A program made the translations under genes and the position numbers. Shown piece after piece: positions 23,721 through 27,863 of a stretch of DNA of 27,863 nt. Source of the stretch: a virus (Duplodnaviria > Caudoviricetes). How positions within the stretch are numbered: the stretch's first letter is position 1; each line of letters opens with the position of its first letter. The notes under the pieces were generated by a model. It did no database searches. It had not been told where the DNA came from and saw nothing but the letters and a program-made list of their open reading frames with translations. Location: positions 1 to 27,863 of IMG/VR virus record IMGVR_UViG_3300029822_000864. One strand, written 5' to 3'.

Positions 23721-25733
23721 ATGGACAACAACATTCTCTCGGCGCTCAGCGCCATAGACGTTGCACAGCTGTCCCGCGCCGAATGGATAGCCGTCGGCAT
23801 GGCCTTGAAGGAGGAGGGGTACCCCTGCTCCATCTGGGACGACTGGTCGAAGAACGACGACCGCTACCATCCCGGCGAATGCCAGAAGAAATGGGACGGG
23901 TTCCACGGGAACGGCAAGCCCGTCAAAGGCGGCACCATCGTGCAGATGGCGAAGGAGCGCGGCTGGATGCCGCACCCCGACCGCGACCAGGCATTGAACT
24001 GGGACGACACTATCGAGTACGACGGCATGGACGGTTTCAACGGATTCGCAACCGAACCGTGGAATCCCGCGCAGGATCTGACCACCTATCTGGAGCTGCT
24101 CTTCGACAGGGACGACATTGTCGGCTACGTCACGGGCGACGTGTGGCAGAACGCCGACGGCAAGTGGCTCCCCAGCAAAGGCGTATACGACAGAACCGCA
24201 GGAGAACTCATCGACAGCCTGAAGAAGCATCCGGACGACGTCGGCGCAACCGTCGGAGACTGGAAGCCGGACTGCGGCGCATGGATACGCTTCAACCCGC
24301 TCGACGGAGACGGCGTGAAGAACGAGAACGTCACGAAGTTCCGCTACGCACTCGTCGAATCCGACACCCTGCCCATCGCGGAGCAGGACATCCTCTTCCG
24401 CAAGCTCGAACTGCCGATAGCCGCCATCGTCCACAGCGGCGGGAAGAGCCTGCACGCCATCGTGCACATCGACGCAGACAGCTACGAGGAATACAGGAAG
24501 CGCGTGGAATACCTCTACGACTTCCTCGAGAAGCACGGCGTCTCCATAGACAAGCAGAACCGCAATCCGAGCCGCCTGTCCCGCATGCCGGGCGTCACCC
24601 GGAACGGCAACAGGCAGTACCTCGTTGCAACGAACATCGGCAGGAAAAGCTGGGTGGACTGGATGGACTTCGCCGAGGGCGTCAGCGACGAACTGCCCGA
24701 CATGGTCGCACTCAGCGAATACAAGGACAACCCGCCGCAGCTCCCCGAGGAGCTCATCGAGGGAATCCTGCGCCGCGGCCACAAGATGCTGATCAGCGGC
24801 TCGTCGAAGGCCGGGAAATCCTTCCTCCTCATGGAGCTGTGCATTGCCATCGCAGAAGGCAGACCATGGCTCGGCTTCAACTGCCGCAAGGGACGCGTCC
24901 TCTACGTGAACCTCGAAATCGACCCGGCAAGCGCAATCAACCGGTTCCTCAAGATATACGAGGCGCTCGGACTGCCCATGAAGCATTCGGACGACATCGT
25001 GATCTGGAACCTGCGCGGTCACGCCGTTCCCCTCGACCAGCTCGTGCCGAAGCTGATCCGCAGGGTGCGCGACCAGCACCTCGACGCAATCGTGCTCGAC
25101 CCGATCTACAAGGTCATCACCGGCGACGAGAACAACGCCTCGGAAATGGGAGCGTTCTGCAACCAGTTCGACAAGATATGCACCGAGACAGGCTGCTCGA
25201 CCATCTACTGCCATCATCATTCGAAGGGCGCGCAGGGAGCAAAGAAGGCCATGGACCGTGCGTCAGGCTCCGGCGTATTCGCACGCGACCCGGACGCACA
25301 GCTCGACATGATCCAGCTCGAGCTGACCGACGACCTGAAGAACAACGTGCGCGACGGGAACGCGACCGCATGGCGGCTCGAATCCTCGCTGCGCGAGTTC
25401 GCGAACATCAGGCCGGTGAACTTCTGGTTCGAATACCCGGTGCACAGGCTCGACGACACCGGGGAACTGGACGGACTCGGCGCGGAAGGCAGCCCGATCG
25501 GGAACCTGACGAAAAGCAGCCGCTACACGACACCGCAGCAGCGGGCAGACGAGATCAACACCGCTTACGACGCCTGCTCCATCAACCAGCCGGTCCGCGT
25601 AAGCGACCTCGCCGAATACCTCGGCCTTTCCGAACGCTGCGTCCGGGACAGGCTGAAGGAACTCCCGGACACCTACAGGAACGACCGCGGCGTCGTCATC
25701 CGGATCGACAGCACACGGAAGAACGAGAAATGA
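23721..25733 (+). CDS. Phage primase-helicase (PriCT-2-like N-terminus, primase-like core, AAA_25/RepA-like helicase, C-terminal HTH)
   Basis: W..VGMALK...WDDWS, VESD, HSGGKSLH, SRLSRMPG, GSSKAGKS, VLDP, HHHSKG, RASGSG. Confidence 0.88.
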   Translation: MDNNILSALSAIDVAQLSRAEWIAVGMALKEEGYPCSIWDDWSKNDDRYHPGECQKKWDGFHGNGKPVKGGTIVQMAKERGWMPHPDRDQALNWDDTIEYDGMDGFNGFATEPWNPAQDLTTYLELLFDRDDIVGYVTGDVWQNADGKWLPSKGVYDRTAGELIDSLKKHPDDVGATVGDWKPDCGAWIRFNPLDGDGVKNENVTKFRYALVESDTLPIAEQDILFRKLELPIAAIVHSGGKSLHAIVHIDADSYEEYRKRVEYLYDFLEKHGVSIDKQNRNPSRLSRMPGVTRNGNRQYLVATNIGRKSWVDWMDFAEGVSDELPDMVALSEYKDNPPQLPEELIEGILRRGHKMLISGSSKAGKSFLLMELCIAIAEGRPWLGFNCRKGRVLYVNLEIDPASAINRFLKIYEALGLPMKHSDDIVIWNLRGHAVPLDQLVPKLIRRVRDQHLDAIVLDPIYKVITGDENNASEMGAFCNQFDKICTETGCSTIYCHHHSKGAQGAKKAMDRASGSGVFARDPDAQLDMIQLELTDDLKNNVRDGNATAWRLESSLREFANIRPVNFWFEYPVHRLDDTGELDGLGAEGSPIGNLTKSSRYTTPQQRADEINTAYDACSINQPVRVSDLAEYLGLSERCVRDRLKELPDTYRNDRGVVIRIDSTRKNEK

Positions 25734-25945
25734 CCGCCTCTCCCTCTTGCGGAAGAAAAGCGCAGAAAGGACGCTCCTCCGAGTGGAGGAAAACCGCCTT
25801 ATATAAATACCTTGCTTCCGCAACGGTTCCGGGTGTGGGGAAGGCCTGAAAGCCTGCCTTCCCCCACCACGAAACCGGGACGCGCGGGATTTCCTCAAAA
25901 ATCGTTCCTCCGACAAACCGCAAAACAGAAAAACGAGGTACCCAT

Positions 25946-26350
25946 ATGAAATTCTTCCTGGACATAGAGCCGCCCACAGCGACGGCACAGATGAAAAAAG
26001 TAAGCATCATAAACGGCAGACCCGTGTTCTATGAACCTGCCGCCGTCAAACAGGCGAAGCGACTCCTCCTTGGAGCGCTCGTAAAACACGCGCCGGAGAA
26101 ACCGCTCGAAGGGCCGCTCTTCCTGCACGCCGCATGGCTCTACCCGGCAGGCAGGTCGCACAAGCCCGGAACGTGGCGCGTCACCCGACCCGACACGGAC
26201 AACATCGAGAAACTCCTCAAGGACTGCATGACGAAATGCGGATTCTGGAAGGACGACGCACAGGTCGTGAAGGAGACGGTCGAAAAACGCTGGACAGACA
26301 ACGGAGCCGGCATCGAAATTGAGATCACGGAACTGGAGGTGACGGTATGA
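25946..26350 (+). CDS. rusA: RusA family Holliday junction resolvase
   Basis: TRPDTDNIEKLLKD.M....FWKDDAQV. Confidence 0.9.
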   Translation: MKFFLDIEPPTATAQMKKVSIINGRPVFYEPAAVKQAKRLLLGALVKHAPEKPLEGPLFLHAAWLYPAGRSHKPGTWRVTRPDTDNIEKLLKDCMTKCGFWKDDAQVVKETVEKRWTDNGAGIEIEITELEVTV

Positions 26351-26772
26351 CATACAGGAACTTTGAAGGCTACGCCGACCCGACCGCCGGAAAAGCCCTC
26401 GCAGGAATCGAACGCGAAAAACACGGAAGACAATACCGTCCCATGGTCTACATCTGCAGCAAATACGCCGGAGACGTCATGAACAACATCATCTCCGCAC
26501 GCGACTACTGCCGGTTCGCTGCAATGAGCGGATACATTCCCGTCGCATCGCACCTCCTCTTCACGCAGTTCCTCCATGACGAGAACCCGGACGAACGACG
26601 TCTCGGCCTGTTCTTCGGAAACATCCTCATGGACAAGTGCGACGAGGTCTGGATATTCGGCGTGGAACTGTCAGCCGGCATGAAAGCCGAATACGACCGG
26701 GCAAAGCGCAAGGGATACAAGATCCGGCGATTCACAACCGACTGCAGGGAGGTGACCGCCCATGGACACTGA
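26347..26772 (+). CDS. Phage protein with nucleoside 2-deoxyribosyltransferase-like fold (DUF4406-like)
   Basis: VYICSKYAG, P.ASHL, CDEVWIFG..LS.GM..E...A. Confidence 0.7.
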   Translation: MTYRNFEGYADPTAGKALAGIEREKHGRQYRPMVYICSKYAGDVMNNIISARDYCRFAAMSGYIPVASHLLFTQFLHDENPDERRLGLFFGNILMDKCDEVWIFGVELSAGMKAEYDRAKRKGYKIRRFTTDCREVTAHGH

Positions 26773-27058
26773 CCCATACGAGAGGCTGGCGAACGCCATC
26801 ATCATCCAGGCCGCCAGAGACTACCTCACAGCCCGCAGACAGCTGAAACGCCACCTCGGAAACGAGCCCGTCAGATGGCGCGGCACCGGCGAGAACCCCA
26901 GCTGGCAGAAATGGGACGAGAAAAGGAAGGACATCCTGACCGGGATAAACGAACTGCACGACTTCTTCCACTCCGAGTGGTTCATGACACTCAGCGACGC
27001 AGACGGCCCGGCACTGTTCGAAAGACTCAGAAAGGAGGCAGACGCCCGTGAACGCTAA
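26762..27058 (+). CDS. Conserved phage hypothetical protein
   Basis: YE.LANAII.QA..DY...FF.S.WF..L...DG pattern; overlaps both neighbours. Confidence 0.75.
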   Translation: MDTDPYERLANAIIIQAARDYLTARRQLKRHLGNEPVRWRGTGENPSWQKWDEKRKDILTGINELHDFFHSEWFMTLSDADGPALFERLRKEADARER

Positions 27059-27470
27059 AGAATACCTGCGGCAGCTCGGACGAGCCGAAGCAAACATCAA
27101 GGCAAAGAAGGAGCGCCTCGCAGCCCTGCGGGACATAGCCTGCAGCCCGGCCTCTCCCGTCATCTCAGACATGCCGAAGGCACCCCCGCGCAACACATCC
27201 CGCATCGAGAACATGGTGATGAAGATGCTGGAACTCGAGGACGAGATCCGCAGCGACGAAGCCGCACTGCGCGAAGAGAAAACCGAAGCCCTCGAACGCA
27301 TAGGAATGATACCCGACCCGGAATGCCAGACCATCCTTATCGCCAGGTACTTCAGGAACCAGACCTGGGAGGAGATCGCGCAGTCGATGTTCTACACGGA
27401 ACGGTGGATCTACAAGCTGCACGGACGCGCACTGCAGGAACTCGACACGGTTCTGAAAGAGTTCAGCTGA
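27048..27470 (+). CDS. ArpU/RinA-like (DUF1492-type) late transcriptional activator
   Basis: AKEYL.Q N-terminus; C-terminal L..RY....WEEIA..M.Y..RW.Y.LH..AL; last gene of the replication module; GTG start. Confidence 0.82.
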   Translation: MNAKEYLRQLGRAEANIKAKKERLAALRDIACSPASPVISDMPKAPPRNTSRIENMVMKMLELEDEIRSDEAALREEKTEALERIGMIPDPECQTILIARYFRNQTWEEIAQSMFYTERWIYKLHGRALQELDTVLKEFS

Positions 27471-27505
27471 GTTCAGTCGAGTTCACCCCAGTTCAGTTGT
27501 GTTCA
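27461..27505 (+). repeat. Five GTTCA boxes at an exact 10-bp period (putative late-activator binding sites)
   Basis: GTTCA at 27461, 27471, 27481, 27491 and 27501. Confidence 0.88.
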
Positions 27506-27523
27506 AAGCCACAGAGCGTAAAA

Positions 27524-27532
27524 TGATAGTAT
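27524..27532 (+). promoter_or_regulatory. Extended -10 element of the putative late promoter
   Basis: TG-a-TAGTAT, with the hexamer 26 nt after the start of the last GTTCA box; no canonical -35. Confidence 0.55.
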
Positions 27533-27572
27533 GAGAATACTGTAATGGACGGCTGGAGCACAGCCGTTGCAC

Positions 27573-27609
27573 AAGCCTCGGAGGGCAACCCTTCCGGGGC
27601 TTTTCTTTT
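27573..27609 (+). terminator. Intrinsic terminator-like hairpin in the late leader
   Basis: AAGCCTCGGAGGG-CAA-CCCTTCCGGGGC followed by TTTTCTTTT. Confidence 0.65.
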
Positions 27610-27631
27610 GCTCGAAGGGAGGCGGCAGGCT

Positions 27632-27863
27632 ATGCCAATGAAACCGAAGCGGCCCTGCCGCTACCAGGACTGCCCGAACCTGTGCGAGGACGGCGAACAG
27701 TACTGCCCGGAGCACAAGGCTCTGATGGAGAAGCACTACGAGAAGTTCACGCGCGGCTACTCGACCGGCAAACGATACGGCAGGTCCTGGCAGCGCATCC
27801 GCACACGCTACGTCCACAAGCATCCGCTCTGCGAGATGTGCTTGAAGCAAGGCCGCTACGTTG
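27632..27863 (+). CDS. Phage packaging-associated HNH endonuclease (5' part, runs off the window)
   Basis: GGAGG RBS; MPMKPKRPCRYQDCPNLC....YCPEH...YGRSWQRIR..Y..KHPLCEMC. Not in the ORF track because it has no stop in the window. Confidence 0.85.
   Translation, partial: MPMKPKRPCRYQDCPNLCEDGEQYCPEHKALMEKHYEKFTRGYSTGKRYGRSWQRIRTRYVHKHPLCEMCLKQGRYV

Larger units (their letters stand above)
95..27863. mobile_element. Prophage or phage-like integrative element (left part) carrying a defence island
   Basis: Co-oriented phage replication, recombination, late-activator and HNH genes at 19433-27863, with a divergent defence cargo. Left boundary inferred from where the PglX-like sequence breaks off. 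No integrase in the window. Confidence 0.75.

Noticed and set aside
23783-25849. 688-aa alternative-frame ORF over the primase-helicase
   Set aside because: Arg/Gly/Pro-rich with no motifs; a shadow frame caused by high GC3 codon bias.
27461-27505. GTTCA repeats as a CRISPR array
   Set aside because: 5-bp units at a 10-bp period, no spacers and no cas genes.

Overview
Left end of an integrated temperate phage or phage-like element; no integrase or structural genes are in the window. Bases 1-~97 (minus strand) translate to [26 protein letters not shown], which resembles the SAM-binding motif of the BREX methyltransferase PglX. The similarity stops at that motif, so the element appears to have inserted inside a host pglX-like gene. 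From 18983 down to 369 runs a tightly coupled, leftward, 13-gene defence operon. It encodes an ABC-three-component (Lamassu-like) module, an XRE HTH, a 5mC methyltransferase, a SNF2 helicase, type III Mod and Res, DISARM drmA-drmB-drmC, Vsr and a DEDDh exonuclease-BRCT protein. This operon sits where a lysogeny/repressor module would normally be. The switch region (19011-19432) has 10-bp-phased repeats, candidate face-to-face promoters and a structured leader with an RBS-sequestering hairpin. Rightward are phage early, replication and recombination genes (sigma-like HTH, Gp157, Sak4-like AAA, SSB-like, helicase, primase-helicase, RusA). These are followed by an ArpU/RinA-like late activator with phased GTTCA boxes and the start of a packaging-type HNH gene. 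All family calls come from motif recognition by eye, not database searches.
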